A stretch of 64,000 nucleotides of DNA from Eledone cirrhosa (GCA_964016885.1 OZ024751.1:17174001-17238000), one strand, 5' to 3'; positions 1-14,455 are shown, counted from the stretch's first letter. Numbers and translations: made by a program. The notes: generated by a model not told the origin, from the letters alone.

Positions 1-38
<38 letters not shown>

Positions 39-2040
39 TATTATACTCCTCGTCACTGTTTTTATATCACCTAGTTGCACTCACGTAGATATATGTAAAT
101 CAAAATGATCAATTCCTTACGACATAATGTTATATTATTACGATTAAATGATAAATATATCCATAAATCACCTTTGAATATCTGCTTTAAATATCATATA
201 TAGCAAAGATATAGCCAATGACGACCGATCATAACTTATTTATACTGATCTGAGATAAATAAACACCCAAAGTGAATTATATTTCAATCATAACATAATA
301 TATACATTTATAATTCATATTTGATTCGAATAACCCACAAAACAGAGATATTGATAAATAATATGATTCCAATAGCATAAATGTTTATTCTATTTAGTTT
401 AGTGATCTTGTCACTCACAACTAAATAGAAATTCACACACAATATCATCAACTTGATTTGCATATACGTCTGTGAAAGATATTGTGCTTCTTAGGAAAAT
501 CACTGATAAAACTTGAGGCTTCTTTATGAGACTAAAGTCAGTCTTAAACCCGGAGAATTATCAGGACGGGGCGAACATGGTTTCCCTGAAATAAAGCGAC
601 TGAGAATACAAGACTTTTCTCTGTCTGTACAGGAGGCCAGTACATCGCTCTCTGAAGCTCTCAGCTATGGTTGGAACTCATTTTGCAGCTACGTATGTTG
701 CAGAAACGTGAAAATATCATTTTTTGTTTTATAACATAATACACAACCTTGTTCAGGAATTTAACCCTTGACATTCTCATTGTAAGTGCAATGCATTTAT
801 CACTAGGCCATGCGTTTCCACTCACCAGTTCCCATATGAATAAATGGATGAGAAAGGAATACTCCGTTATTACTACGACGTGTTATGTGAGCTTAAAAGA
901 TGACGACTGTCTTGATATTTATACACGAGGAAAGAAATCAGATATCTTCTAAAACCACTTTCGAAAAGAACATTTACGTAAGAGAAAAAGTAGAGAAAGC
1001 ATGAAACTTCTTGCGAGAAACAACGTGATAGAACGAACAAAATTGGAATTGCAAATGATCAGTGTGAAGACAAACAAATTGATGAGCTTAGGATCCACAA
1101 CCGGGCCACAAGGTTACGATGGCAAGTAAAAGCAATGTTTTAGTACCATTAATGCAATATAATGTATATATTACATTTCTTCATTATACACTAGATTGTG
1201 AAGCGTTCCGAAATTCATCATGACCTGGTCATTGAGACAACTCGACTACATCTTTTATGATTTAGTTAATAGTGAGATTATATAAGCCAACTGGAATTTT
1301 CTTCAGTGCCGTTATATTTCTAGTTTCTCCCATGTTTTCACATTTAAAACGATTCGTTCCTTACTTACATTCAACTTGAAGCAGCATCTCAGTTTTGTAT
1401 AGGAAATAACTTTTATAAACCGATAACCTAATGGTAGGACATACTTTAGCCTCAAAACATGGGATGATCGTGAAATTAACGGTGTCTTTACAAAGCAATA
1501 TGCTATGGTAGATGTATATATATATGTCTGCATATATATCTGTGAGTTGACGAAATGGCAGAGTCGTTAGAACGTCAGATAGGGTGCTCTGTGTTAGCTG
1601 TTCCGGTTCTCTGATCGCTGAGAAGTCGATAAAATAGTATAAATAAAGAACTGCAGTCGATCCTTCCTTTATAGCTCTTTCACACTTCTCCTCTCTCACT
1701 TTCTATCTGTACTCCCCCAGGCTTAAGTGCCCAAGGAACTCTGTATGTCAATAAGGACTCCCTACGACTGCAACAGGTGTTACGGGACATACAGTCTCGC
1801 TGTGGATATTGTATGCAGTAATGAATGATGTAATGACTAAATGGCGAACATAGTATTTGTGAAGGAAACCCTAGAGTAGAAGACTACTAGATCGGTGTGT
1901 GTGTGTGTGAGCGAGAGAGAGAGAGAGAGAGTGAGTGTATCGAAATCACATGGTATACGGCATGTGTCATTCCGAGTGCCACGTATAACGCTGACAACTT
2001 CACCCATCCTGATAAAACCTTTCTGTTTTATATTATTTAT

Positions 2041-2226
2041 GGTGGAGTGGCAGTATCGAAGAGGGTCGGACGCCATGCTTTGACGCATAGAGTTACGGTC
2101 CTTACCATTCTGAGTTCAAATCCCGCCGAAGTTAACTTTGCCTTTAATCCTTACGGGGTCGATAAAATAAAGTATCAGTAATGCACTGGGTAATTGTTGG
2201 CCTTGTGCCAAAAGTAGAAACAATTA
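2041..2226 (+). mobile_element. tRNA-derived SINE, short subfamily (octopod SINE with Meta/MESC-like central domain)
   Basis: A-box-like TGGCAGTATCG, B-box GAGTTCAAATCC, central GCCTTTAATCCTTACGGGGTCGATAAAATAAAGTA, 3' end GGCCTTGTGCCAAAAGTAGAAACAATTA; about 20 related copies in the window. The domain name is from memory of SINE superfamilies. Confidence 0.9.
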
Positions 2227-2475
2227 TTTATTATTTTTTTTATTTTCCCTTCCTCAAACCAACAATCTCCTCTTTCTCCGAACTTCTGCTCTATCGTGAT
2301 GAAAGATTAGCATCCGATACGTTGAAGTATTCGTTTTCGTTTTTCCATCATGCATGAAGCAAATAAGGATGTGTATTATTGTTTTCCTCTGTTTATCTTG
2401 TACTATGTATATATATTATATACATTCACATATATCTATATATCTATACACACACACGCATATATATATATATAT

Positions 2476-2665
2476 ATTAGAAATTAGAAATTATAAGCTT
2501 TCACCGTATTTTAGACGAAAGAAATTTCTAGCCTGATAGTGGGGTTTATAACCCTCGGAGAAATGGAAAAAGATGAGTGTTGCCGTACATATATATATAT
2601 ATATATATATGTACGGCAAAATACGTCTAAAATACGGTGAAAGCTTATAATTTCTAATTTCTAAT
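2476..2665. repeat. Fold-back repeat, probable PLE terminal remnant
   Basis: 2476-2517 is the reverse complement of 2624-2665; related fold-back copy at 11270-11420; flanked by (TA)n. Confidence 0.7.
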
Positions 2666-2721
2666 TTTCAAACTCGCGCACTACTTCAAAATCATACTTA
2701 CATGTTTACATTTATAATTTG

Positions 2722-3442
<721 letters not shown>

Positions 3443-3994
3443 GCATGTTTAGGTTCGACAATATATACTAAAACTACTTCAAACTTGAATTGCAATTTAC
3501 AGCAGCTTACAGCAGTCAATTAAGTAAAAAGCAAATACATTAAATTCTGCTTAAATTTGTTTCCCTCCCCGACAATGCCATTTTAGTATAAAATTGAGAA
3601 AAAAGTACTAAGGGAAGACTTAAAATATTAATTAAAATAAAACTATCTCTAGCTAATTAAGAAATACCTATGCACTTGTTGACAGGAAATATGCAACTGG
3701 TGACCTGGGAATTACTTCTGTCTTAAGTTACTAGACTTTATAGAATTTGTTAAATAATTCATATTATAAACCCTGCCTACCTATTTGAGTAGTTTGTATT
3801 GTTTCTATATTCCTTTACACATTTATTATCTTACGTGTTTTTAATATTCATTAAGCTGCGGTTATGATCGGGTAAAATCTTGAAGGGAATTGATTAATTT
3901 CGATAAGATCGAACCAAGCAATTATTTTAATATATATTTCAAATGTTTTACTTACAGTAAAATATACTGATTTCTTTATTCTTATAGTAAAATA

Positions 3995-4180
3995 TAATTG
4001 TTTCTACTTCTGGCACTAGGCCAGCAATTATCCCAGTGCATTACTGGTACTTTATTTTACGACCCCGTAAGGATGAAAGGCAAAGTTAACCTCGGCGGGA
4101 TTTGAACTCAGACCATAAAGGGCCGTAACTCTTTACGCAAAGCATGGCGTGTGACCCTCTTCCGATACTGCTAATCCACC
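3995..4180 (-). mobile_element. SINE, short subfamily
   Basis: Reverse complement of the 2041-2226 family. Confidence 0.9.
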
Positions 4181-4357
4181 ATAATGCAGTTATTTATTGT
4201 ATTCCTTGTTTTCTCTTTACGTGAAAATAAATATTTTATACTGCAGACAGCATATTAGCAGGTAGAATATAATCGGCTAGAATATAGTAATTGATCCATA
4301 TTTCAATGATCTCTCATTTCAAATCCCGAAGAGGCCATTGTTGACTTTTATCATTGT

Positions 4358-4893
4358 GAGGTCGATAAAAAAATAGTCAAGTACTGGTGTCGAAACCTTT
4401 TCTATATATCTTTCTTCCTCTTTCTCTCCCTTATCGCTTGCTCAGTCTCTCTCTTTCTCAGTCTTTCTCTTTGTCTGTCTGACTCTCTTCTCTCACTTTC
4501 TAATTTTCCCTGGTAGAAATCGGCTGTGTTTATACGTGGAGTGGAGAAGGGATAGATTCCGCCAAATGTCTACTAGTCGACCCTTGTGGTCAATAACGTC
4601 AGGTATAGAGCTAGTGTACATACTTTTTGGAGTATATTTTGAGGTCGATAAAAAATTAGTCAAGTACTGGTGTCGAAACCTTTTCTATATATCTTTCTTC
4701 CTCTATTCCTCTCCCCTTATCTCTTTCTCAGTCTTTCTCTTTGTCTGTCTATCTCTCTTCTCTTACTTTCTCTCTATTTTTCCCTGGTAGAAATCGGCTG
4801 TGGAGAAGGGATTGGCTCCGCCAGATTTCTACTAGTCTCCCCTTGTGGTCAATAATGTCAACAAAAGAGATAGTGTACTTAATGTTTGGAGTA
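4358..4893. repeat. Tandem duplication, about 283-bp period
   Basis: GAGGTCGATAAAAAA.TAGTCAAGTACTGGTGTCGAAACC starts at 4358 and 4641; similarity continues to TTTGGAGTA in both units. Confidence 0.85.
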
Positions 4894-5566
4894 CATGACT
4901 AGTATTCTATACATACCAGGGTCACTAACTTTATAAACAATCACACAAACTGGGAAATTTGCGTTTGGATAAATAAATGGATTGCATTAGAGAAATTCTG
5001 TTGATGTTTACTGAAACTTGGAAGAGATTAAATATAAGATGGGTATTTTAAACATCTAATTACTAATAACATGCAGGATTAAATATATGATTAACGTTGG
5101 AGAAATAACTATTTACGCGGGAAATTTTGAGGTTAGACGTGGCTGTGTGATTAGAAAAGGAAATATTTATTGCAGCCACACAAATGAGATTGGAAACGTA
5201 TTGGGTGGGTGTACACATTGTAGACCGTTACTGGCAGAGATATCTATAAGTAAATAAGTATATCTACAATCATGGCGTGTTATTATGGATGATTCCTTTG
5301 CTAATGTTGCGCAATTGACATTTATAATTGTAAGGTTGTGGATACAATTGTATTAATGTAAATTATTCCTTGCTTTCGTGTGTTGTTATGTAAAATAAAA
5401 CCAGAATGGTTATTCTAGTTAAATATAAAGTGTATGTTGGCAGGTACGTAGACACTGAAACATACATTTTTGTGTATAAATCTCTCTCTGCCTCTCTCTC
5501 TCTCTCTATTTCTCTCTGTCTCTCTCTCGCTCTCTTTCTCATATATATATATATATCTGTAATGGG

Positions 5567-5794
5567 TAACAAAATATCGTTATAGGTAATCCAGTTAGAG
5601 GTTCTGAATACTTCATATTGTGGGTAGTTTTAGATACGGCGTTGTTTGACTCAACAAGAGGTTTTCGTAGGTGGCGAGTTTATGAGTTCTATTGCTTCAA
5701 GTGGTCAGCAATTTTTAGACAACTTAATCAGTGAAAGAATTTTTAGACTGTAAATAAAACCCCTTTTTTGTACTGTTGACCATGTTATTCTTCA

Positions 5795-5800
<6 letters not shown>
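5567..5800. mobile_element. PLE-type terminal remnant (family also at 28661-28850 and 35240-35563)
   Basis: 5694-5800 matches 35293-35398 directly; 5567-5690 matches 35439-35563 inverted. Confidence 0.7.
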
Positions 5801-5865
<65 letters not shown>

Positions 5866-5866
5866 T

Positions 5867-5906
<40 letters not shown>

Positions 5907-5911
<5 letters not shown>

Positions 5912-6447
5912 AAATAAAGATCCGAAGGCATGGTATAAATTTCCAATCATTTTAATCACGACACATGTTTCAATAAGAGATAGATCGATCTTGTAGCCAT
6001 GATCGATTATCACTGATACCGTCAGGTGAAAATGATATATATATGATATATATATTTTTTTCTTTGACCTCGCGTCGTGTGTGTGTGAGAGTGTGTGTAC
6101 CCACTCACATTAACTGTGACCGACTGTAATGCTACAGATTTGATTGATGTCCAGCGTCTTTTACACCTATTGGGAGATAGAGACTTGATAGTTTTATGAC
6201 CCTAACTGAGGACGATAGCAGTCGCCGTATTTTGACTGATTGATCTTCATATGAGGGACTAAACTCTGTGAGTGAACACCGTTAATTTTCTCCCTCATAT
6301 CAAGGATTTGAAGACAATTCATTTTCACCTGACGAGATCAGTGATAATCCATCATCGCTACACGATCGATCTATCTCTTATTGATACATGTGTCATGATT
6401 AAAATGATTGGAAATTTATACCATGTCTTCGGATCTTTATTGTGATA
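5907..6447. mobile_element. PLE-type fold-back with two damaged hammerheads
   Basis: Arms 5907-6035 and 6319-6447 are inverted repeats; consensus TCAC-CTGACGA...GAAA-CATGTG-TC-GTGA. Confidence 0.75.
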
Positions 6448-6573
6448 CAAATACTCCGTTTTACATCATCTAGCTGTTCCCATAAATCGAATTAAAGATA
6501 TACAAAAGCGTGAAGAATTTAATATCGCTAACAAAAATGTATTGGACCGTTTGAGACAACCAATAATACACCT

Positions 6574-6627
<54 letters not shown>

Positions 6628-6629
<2 letters not shown>

Positions 6630-6788
6630 CGAAGGAAGTGTGGTAAGGAACCAGGTGAACCATAACGCACCAGAGTACTCAATACTTTGTGTAGTAGAGT
6701 GGGTAATAGGAAATGTTCAAGACCCCTACTGAAGAAATAGCCGTCGAAAGGGCTTGAGTTCTGCCCTCGGGGTCTTGAACATTTTCCT
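6628..6788. mobile_element. Palindromic (TA)n-embedded element, family P copy 1
   Basis: AACGAAGGAAGTGTGGTAAGGAACCAGG...TAGCCGTCGAAA...GGGGTC..CCTA; 8 related copies in the window. Confidence 0.85.
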
Positions 6789-6800
6789 ATATCTCTCTCT

Positions 6801-6853
<53 letters not shown>

Positions 6854-7543
6854 CTACTACTACTTATATATATATAATTGATATATATATATATATATAT
6901 ATATATACTACTCGCTGTACTACTTTCGCTACTGAACTTCTCGCAGACACTAACAATTTTGTTGTATATCTTTTTTTCATTGTGCATACCAAATGTACCA
7001 AGTTTAAATTTTGGTAAGTTAGCAGCCTTCATAGACATTGATGCTTCACAAATCGAATTGAAAACATAATCACATCAACTCTCTCATGCGTAATGAATCA
7101 ATCAACAGATCAATACTCTTACATTCCTCTATTTATGAGATACATTTCCTTACGGAATTATAGCGCTAAATATATATCAATAATTTCTTCATCCGTTCTG
7201 TGTTAAATATCTGGGTTGTACTATGATGATATATATTATTTATAAAGATCTGTATTAATCAGGTGAGAATGTAGGTAAATATATTGTCTGTGGCTGCTTT
7301 GTAACATTTTACTCTCCCAATGTTGTAAAAAATGTTTGAATATCAACAGCCGAATAGACAAGGTGTTTTATGATGTACATTAAAGACATTAACTGTTAGA
7401 TTTCTGGTATTAATGAATGAAGGCCAGCAGTGCTATAACTTGTGAATGGAAGAATGAATTGGAGAACACTTCATGAGGATGCGACAGATGATTATGAAAG
7501 AAAGACTAAAATTGAGTACATATAGTAAAACGAAATATTCAGT

Positions 7544-7749
7544 GGTAGATTGGGACTATGGGTAGAGAGTCAAACAACATGCTTTGTGTCACAGATCTAC
7601 GGCCCTTCACGTTCTGAGTTCAAATCCTTCCCAGAATAGCTTTGCCAATCATTCTTACCGGGTCGAAAAATGAAGTACCAGTTACGAACCGGAGTCGATT
7701 TAATCGATATTTTCCCCCATCCGAAGTTGTTGGCCTTGTGCATAAATCA
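7544..7749 (+). mobile_element. SINE, long subfamily (diverged)
   Basis: B-box GAGTTCAAATCC and the GTCGATTTAATCGA palindrome. Confidence 0.8.
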
Positions 7750-7844
7750 CTCGATGAAGTACACAGGTGGATCGGTGTACTCTGGAGTATATTTATAGAC
7801 ATGAAGTAAAAGTCAACAGTTTATAACCTGCTGACTCGGACACC

Positions 7845-7902
<58 letters not shown>

Positions 7903-8314
7903 TAGCACCTCTGTTGGTCATCTATCAAAGAACGAAAGAGAGTCTTCGACAGAAGCATGATCTTTCCTCCCTAAATATGTATGTAAAAACTAATAATTGT
8001 TCTTCTCCATTTTATTATTATTCGTATAAATATGCAATTCAACTGCACTTTACACTTCCGTCGATGAAAAAGCATATAATATTGAAACCGGTACAACGAT
8101 TAAAGGCGGAAATACCCATTTTATAAATAAATGTTTTGATATGATACTGTAAAAATCCATCCAACATTTTCTACTGTATTTTTTTCCTTTTATATATATA
8201 TATATATATATGCGTGTGTGTGTGTGTGTAAAAGGTATACAGAAATAACAATACAATCGGTACTGTATATGGAATATTTATATTAGATTAACGCTCGATA
8301 TAGTAGGAAGAGGG

Positions 8315-8350
8315 TCCTAAAGTTTCGGACACTAGTCCTTCATCAGAAGA
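8315..8350 (-). ncRNA. Minimal type I hammerhead, helix III damaged
   Basis: TCTT-CTGATGA-A-GGAC-TAGT-GTCC-GAAA-CTTT-AGGA; ACTT where the palindrome ACGT is expected. Confidence 0.6.
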
Positions 8351-9101
8351 AGGAATGATAAATAAGATAGATTGAGGGGACTGGTGGTTGGAATTGGAAA
8401 AAATGTATTTAGATAAAAATAACAGGTCCATTCATGTTGACATCTCTTGCAAAACTGTTGGTGCTGGCGTTTGGTGTATGATTTATTTTTTAGAAAAGTG
8501 GATGATGGAGCCCGTCTACCTGAAATGGAAAAAAAACGTTTTGTAAAAAGTGCTATACTTGTGCAGGTGCATAAGCAGGTGTGTGTGTCTGTGTGTTTGT
8601 GTGTGTTATTATACGTCCGTACGAAGCTAAGAAGAAATGTGTGTATATGTGAGTAAAGGAGTGTGTGTGTGCATGTACGTACGAAGCTATGAGCAAAAGT
8701 ATGTTAATATAAAGGTGTGTATGTGTGTATACAGAGCAGTGAAGGGTAAAGTGGAGTGAGCATATATTGTCGGCCTGTATTAGTTGTAAGAGAAGATGTT
8801 AATGATCAAAGATAGCGATAGGAATCTAGGGGTATGATAATGGACGGGGTATTAGAGAAACTTGGAAGGTGAGTTGAGTCTAAGATGGGAATAAGAACAT
8901 ACCTTTATTGATGACGTTCCAGTAGATTGTTCTCTGCACCTCAGATCTCCAAATGCAGGTTTTTCAATGGATTTTAGAGTTGCAACAATCAGTGCCAAGA
9001 TTCTCATACTCATCATTTAATATACAGAACCATAAATATTTCAAGAAATTATTGATAATTTACGTAAGTGTTTAGAGAAACTAATGTGAAAATATATTTA
9101 C

Positions 9102-9135
9102 CTTTATTAAAGGATATGTGTAGTTGGATATAAAT
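9102..9135 (-). other. Candidate 34-nt exon
   Basis: tctatttcatttcag|ATTTATATCC...TAATAAAG|gtaaat; two frames open. Splice signals only. Confidence 0.3.
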
Positions 9136-9257
9136 CTGAAATGAAATAGAACGTACAATATACTTATAAGCCTGTGTACAAAACTACTTCATCTAAAGTT
9201 TTCATTTGCGTTACATGTAAAATATACCAGCTGTGAATACATGTATATATATATATA

Positions 9258-9726
9258 CTAACAGATTTACCCTGTGATGCCTGGGGTTTGAAATTATGCT
9301 AAGAATATACAGTTAGGAAGTAAATTGAATGGAATGTCCCATAAGGATTTAGTTTTGATGGGTTTGCTGAAACAGGCATGAGGCTTAGAAGAAAATCGAT
9401 GCTCGCTTAAGGGCCATGTAGTGCAGAGAATAAACACCTAGACTTTTGTCGCGAGTGACAAAAAAAAATGTGCAAGCTACAACTGAAAAGTTTGAATGGA
9501 AAGTCCCATACAGATTTTGTTTTGATTGATTTCTACCTTACATCATGCACTTTAGAAAAAATAATTTTACTATCGATTTTTTTATTGCTCAACCTGGGTC
9601 GATTTGAAAAATGTTTGTGATCTAACGTGCACAGAAAATTTGGTCAAATTCGGTTGGGAATTGTAAAAGCCTTAGCTGTCCAAAGTTGTCCACAGACACA
9701 CACACATCCACACTTTTATATATATA

Positions 9727-9728
<2 letters not shown>
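9258..9728 (-). mobile_element. Non-autonomous Helitron-like element
   Basis: Minus strand starts TCTATATATATAAAAGTGTGGATGTGTG and ends CCCCAGGCATCACAGGGTAAATCTGTTAG-T (hairpin plus decayed CTAG); same terminal style as 30461-31409. Confidence 0.65.
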
Positions 9729-9765
<37 letters not shown>

Positions 9766-10172
9766 TGCTTATATATATGTGTGTATGTATGCATGTTTAT
9801 GTATATATATATATATATATATATAAATATGCATATGTGTATATGTGAGTGTGTGTACATATGTGTATACGTCTGAGCGTGTATGGATTATAAGCCTGCA
9901 AGATATGTTCATAGCATTTTAGCATTCAACGAATGCATACTTTTCTTATACTTTACTCATTCCTTCATATTCCTTCGATTTCCTCTTCACTCATTGATTC
10001 GAATTACATAGTATTCTATTACAGTCGCAATATAAGAAATTATGTTTGTTATTTTCAACAATATTTTAGATGGTGTTATTAAAATAAACTCAATACAATG
10101 TATGTACGAATGTATATATACATGGTTTTATATATATATATGTAACATGCACATATACAATCATACATACAT

Positions 10173-10217
<45 letters not shown>

Positions 10218-10220
10218 TTA

Positions 10221-10287
<67 letters not shown>

Positions 10288-10402
10288 TTATATATATATA
10301 TATATATATATATACATAAACACATACATGCATATGTCTATATGTCTATATATATATTTGTGGTTATATGTATATATGTATATATATATTTATTTATATA
10401 TA

Positions 10403-10460
<58 letters not shown>

Positions 10461-11021
10461 CATGCTTATGGATATATGTCTATCCATATGTGTGGGTATA
10501 TGTATATATATATTTATTTATATATATATTTATTTATATATATATTTATTTATATATATATATATATATACATACATGCTTATGGATATATGTCTATACA
10601 TATTTGTGGGTATATGTATTTATATATATATATTTATATATATATATATATAATCCTGTATGAGAGTGTGTGTGTGTCTGACTTTGTGTGTGTTGGTATA
10701 TTAGTGTTTATCTGCCTATATATATAAATGTATATAAGCAACGTCTACTCATTGTTTAATGGTTTTTGTTAGATATTTCCATTCCATCTGGACTCAACAG
10801 CTATCATTTTAATTTCAAAAGCAAATAATATTTGTCTTTTAATTTTTTCAATCCTCATTTTCAAGTTTTACTTTTATTTCTCTTCAATAAATCTTCACAA
10901 TACAAATTCAATGTTTTCAACGTTTCTCAGTCCGTTATTTTTATATTTGTTCTTCTTCTTCTTCCTCTTATTGGCGTTGTTGGTATTGATAATATTACTA
11001 GTGATATAAAATGGCAACAAC

Positions 11022-11185
11022 CTTCTTCTTCTTCTTCTTCTTCTTCTTCTTCTTCTTCTTCTTCTTCTTCTTCTTCTTCTTCTTCTTCTTCTTCTTCTTC
11101 TTCTTCTTCTTCTTCTTCTTCTTGAGAGTGTCGTTGGGGCTGAGACCTCAAACACTCCTTCCAGCGGGTCCTGTCAAAAAGATTT
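11022..11185 (-). mobile_element. RTE-type LINE extreme 3' end with (GAA)n tail
   Basis: Translates DRTRWKECLRS (DRxxW motif of RTE C-termini) just before a roughly 100-bp (GAA)n tract. Confidence 0.5.
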
Positions 11186-11269
11186 AAGATGTTCTTCCAT
11201 TGGCCAATACATGCAGGACAATATTTGAAATGCTTACAAACTGTGTTTCGAAACAGCGACCGAATTTTG

Positions 11270-11420
11270 AAATTAGAAAATAGAGCTTTCGCTGTATTTT
11301 TGACTACAGAAATTTTAGCCTGACAGTGGGGATTAGAACCCATTTTTTAGGAGGTTCTAAACCCTACTAACAGGCTAAAATTTATTTCAAAAATACGGCA
11401 AAAGCTTCTATTTTCTAATT
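11270..11420. repeat. Fold-back repeat related to 2476-2665
   Basis: AATTAGAAAATAGAGCTTT...TAGCCTG and CAGGCTA...AAAGCTTCTATTTTCTAATT arms. Confidence 0.7.
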
Positions 11421-11434
11421 ATATATATATATAT

Positions 11435-11548
11435 AGGAAAAAAGCCAGGACCCCGATGGCTGAGTTCCAGCCGTTTCGACAGCTAGATACGAACAGTACT
11501 CTGGTGCGTTATGATCCACCTAGATTCTTACCACACTTTCTTTGTTTA
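11435..11548. mobile_element. Family P copy 2
   Basis: GGACCCCGATGGCTGAGTTCCAGCCGTTTCGACAGCTA...GTACTCTGGTGCGTTATG. Confidence 0.8.
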
Positions 11549-12793
11549 TATATATTATATTATATTATATATACTTTAGTTACATTTTAAGATTGGAAAT
11601 ATTAGCACATTGTGTATCAGGATATTTCTCTCATATTGAAGTTACAGAGATGAGTTCCTTCATTTGGATGACTGTGATTCCTTCCATTCAAATTCTGTTT
11701 TCTTTCAATGTACTCTCCCACATTCGATATACATGTTGTTTGGCTGCAGGAAAAACAACACAAGTAACTGATTAAACGATAACACAAGAAATGGTGACGA
11801 GTAGTTTCAAATAGAAAAATCAGTGACACAAAGATAAAACTGTAGATAACAACTTTTAAACAACGATAAAATAAAACTGGAAAAACAAAACAAAACAACA
11901 TCTACAGCAAAAACAACAGCTAAACACATTGCCACTATCTTCCATTTAGCAGGTGTCTTCTAAAACGTTGAGCCACGGAACAATAATAATCCAGTTTTAT
12001 AGAATAGCGTGCTTGGTTGTAATGCTAAAGAATTTGAACGGCTGCGACGTGGTTCTAGTTTCACGGATTTAGTTTCACTGAGTGGAAAGTTAGGTCAAGT
12101 GTTTTCTATTATTAGAATTTTGTTTCCATACGCTGATTCGTATATATATATATATATTATAGATAGCGAAGAATCTATAATATATCTGTAATATCCAATA
12201 TTGATGCCCTTTTCGTAATTTCTAACTATAATTTATATATTTTCCTATATATTATATTTTTTATTTACTTCAATCAAGATTTTAACTTTAAATTCTAATT
12301 TTCAATCTTATTGCACATTTTAATTTCCATTGTGAATCCATAATATCTAGTTCCTAGAATTAAGTTTATATTCTCTTTGGGGTGATGGTCAATTCTATTG
12401 TCCTAGCATAATTTTGGGGTAGCATTGAATCTTATTAAAACTTATACTCTACCACAACCACAAAGTTTCGGTTGGCTACCACTGGACGTACAAATAACAG
12501 TAAACTACAACTTAGTGGCTGGCATGAACTCTGTGACGGTGTCACCTTACCAGCCTCCATGAGGGGGATTCATTGTGTTTTTTAAGGGTAGGGGGGAACT
12601 TTCCTAGGCTAATTTTGATATTTTGGGGTAGTAGTTAGACAGTCAACCTCTTCACATTTGCGCCTGCGCAAAGCCGTGGAGGAGATTAGGGCTCACAATG
12701 AAACGGGCGAAGGCTTCAAGAACATCATTTTTGTCCATTCCCTTGGCGTTTTAACTTGTGGATTGCATCGGGAACGTAACCTTATTATGTAAG

Positions 12794-12871
12794 AAGTTGT
12801 GTGATGAGATCATGGTACTGGGTACGCGGAATCGCGTGTTTACTGCCGTCACTGAAATAGTATCACAGCTT
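12794..12871 (+). ncRNA. Hammerhead remnant (C3 to G)
   Basis: AAGTTGT-GTGATGA...GAAA-TAGTA-TC-ACAGCTT, 7-bp helix I, followed by AATAAA. Confidence 0.55.
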
Positions 12872-12912
12872 TATCAATAAAGGACTTTAACATCTGAAAC
12901 TACTTCGCATTT

Positions 12913-12991
<79 letters not shown>

Positions 12992-13225
12992 ATATATATG
13001 CAAACAGCACGGAAACTCTATCTCAAAATTATTTTTGAAAAGCATTTAGAAATGCGCAACCGGTAAACACTTAAAAACTTAAAACCACAACTGAATACTA
13101 ACCCATACAATCACTAATACTCTTTTATTCCTAATTAAACCATTTTTCAACTGTGAACAATTTGTCAGCATGTTCTATTCCGTTTACCAATATATAATAA
13201 CTTGTGTGTTACACCTCTATTCTTT

Positions 13226-13284
<59 letters not shown>

Positions 13285-13286
<2 letters not shown>

Positions 13287-13410
13287 TAATAACAATATAA
13301 AGGACGAAGTGTTAGGTATTCAATACGTTTATTAAGTTGTGACGCGCGTTTCTCGATTGATCAGCTCCAGATTCGATCTGTACGATCTGGTCCGACTCTG
13401 GAATCAAAAG
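13285..13410 (-). mobile_element. PLE-type 3' end (second copy 50343-50470)
   Basis: Minus strand GAAA-CGCGCG-TC then AATAAA, ending in (TA)n; homologous segment at 50343-50470. Confidence 0.55.
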
Positions 13411-13906
13411 TTCGTCGGGCGTCTGTTATGGTAACGGCAGAATGAACCTCTTAGGGTTGCGAAACAGCATATAACGACTCACATCAATTTATGGTGGTCA
13501 GCTGTAGTTCATTCTTGTTGGTGGTTTTGCATATATGTAAAGAAGGCGCATATCAAAATAAAATTTCAAAAGTAGATGTTTCCATTTTCAAATAGAGAAA
13601 AGTAAATAGCAAAATGTAGAGATATAGTGTGATTCATTGTTTTCATATACTTTTAATCTATCCTAATTTTAGTGATCTATAGATAGGCGGATGGTTAGGG
13701 CTTAGGATTAACTGCTTCGCAGAATTTATGTTCGATTTTTTTAAAATTCTGTTAGTTTATGTCGAGGTAACGTTTCCTTTTCCATTTCTCGTGGTCGATA
13801 GAATATAGTACCAGTCAACATTTACAGTGGTATTAATAGCCATTCTTCTTGCATCAAAATTATTAATATAATGATTTCAGCCATTAGTCTTCCGTTATAT
13901 ATATAT

Positions 13907-14090
13907 AGAAAAAAGTATGACCTCGACGGCAGAACTCAAGCCGTTTCGACGGCTATTTTTGGACTCCAGAAATAGCCGTCGAAACAGCTTGTGCTCTGCC
14001 GTCGGGGACATACTTTTTCCTATTTCCCACTCTACTACCCTAAGTATTGAGTACTCTGGTGCGTTATGGCCTATCTGGTTCCTTACCATA
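13907..14090. mobile_element. Family P copy 3 (near-complete palindrome)
   Basis: CGACGGCAGAACTCAAGCCGTTTCGACGGCTATTTTTGGA-C-TCCAGAAATAGCCGTCGAAACAGCTTGTGCTCTGCCGTCG plus tail. Confidence 0.9.
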
Positions 14091-14200
14091 ACTCTACGGT
14101 GCAAATCATGGTGTCTGACGCTCTACCGATACTGGTTTGTCTATAAGTAAACAGCGAAAACAAACTTTGTTTATATATATATATACATATATATATATAT

Positions 14201-14256
14201 AGGAAAAAGTATGACCCCGACGGCAGAGCTGAAGCCGTTTTGACGGCTATTTCTGC
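14201..14256. mobile_element. Family P copy 4 (single arm)
   Basis: AGGAAAAAGTATGACCCCGACGGCAGAGCTGAAGCCGTTTTGACGGCTATTTCTG. Confidence 0.8.
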
Positions 14257-14272
14257 ACTTTGTTATATCGTC

Positions 14273-14452
14273 GATTGGCAGTATTGGTAGAGGGTCGGAC
14301 GCCATGCTTTGACGCATAGAGTTACGGCCCTTGCCATTCTGAGTTCAAATCCCGCCGAGGTTAACTTTGCCTTTCATCCTTACGGGGTCGATAAAATAAA
14401 GTACCAGTAATACACTGGATAATTGCTGGCCTTGTACCTAACGTAGAAACAG

Positions 14453-14455
<3 letters not shown>
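14273..14455 (+). mobile_element. SINE, short subfamily
   Basis: Close match to the family consensus. Confidence 0.92.

Noticed and set aside
633-692. 60-nt plus-strand exon (EASTSLSEALSYGWNSFCSY)
   Set aside because: Good splice signals, but it lies in repeat-like sequence and has no recognisable homology; chance signals are common in AT-rich DNA.
2041-2130. tRNA genes
   Set aside because: The A/B boxes belong to SINE heads and no cloverleaf can be formed.
6947-7013. 67-nt plus-strand exon candidate (tctcgcag|...TTTTG|gtaagt)
   Set aside because: Plausible signals only; it cannot be linked to a start codon or a known protein.
8390-8930. PLE ORF remnant upstream of the 8315 hammerhead
   Set aside because: Only faint motif echoes on the minus strand; too decayed to call without a profile search.
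10832-11343. Poly-S/R/E ORFs
   Set aside because: Caused by the (CTT)n tract; the same applies to 21203-21559 and 45779-46096.
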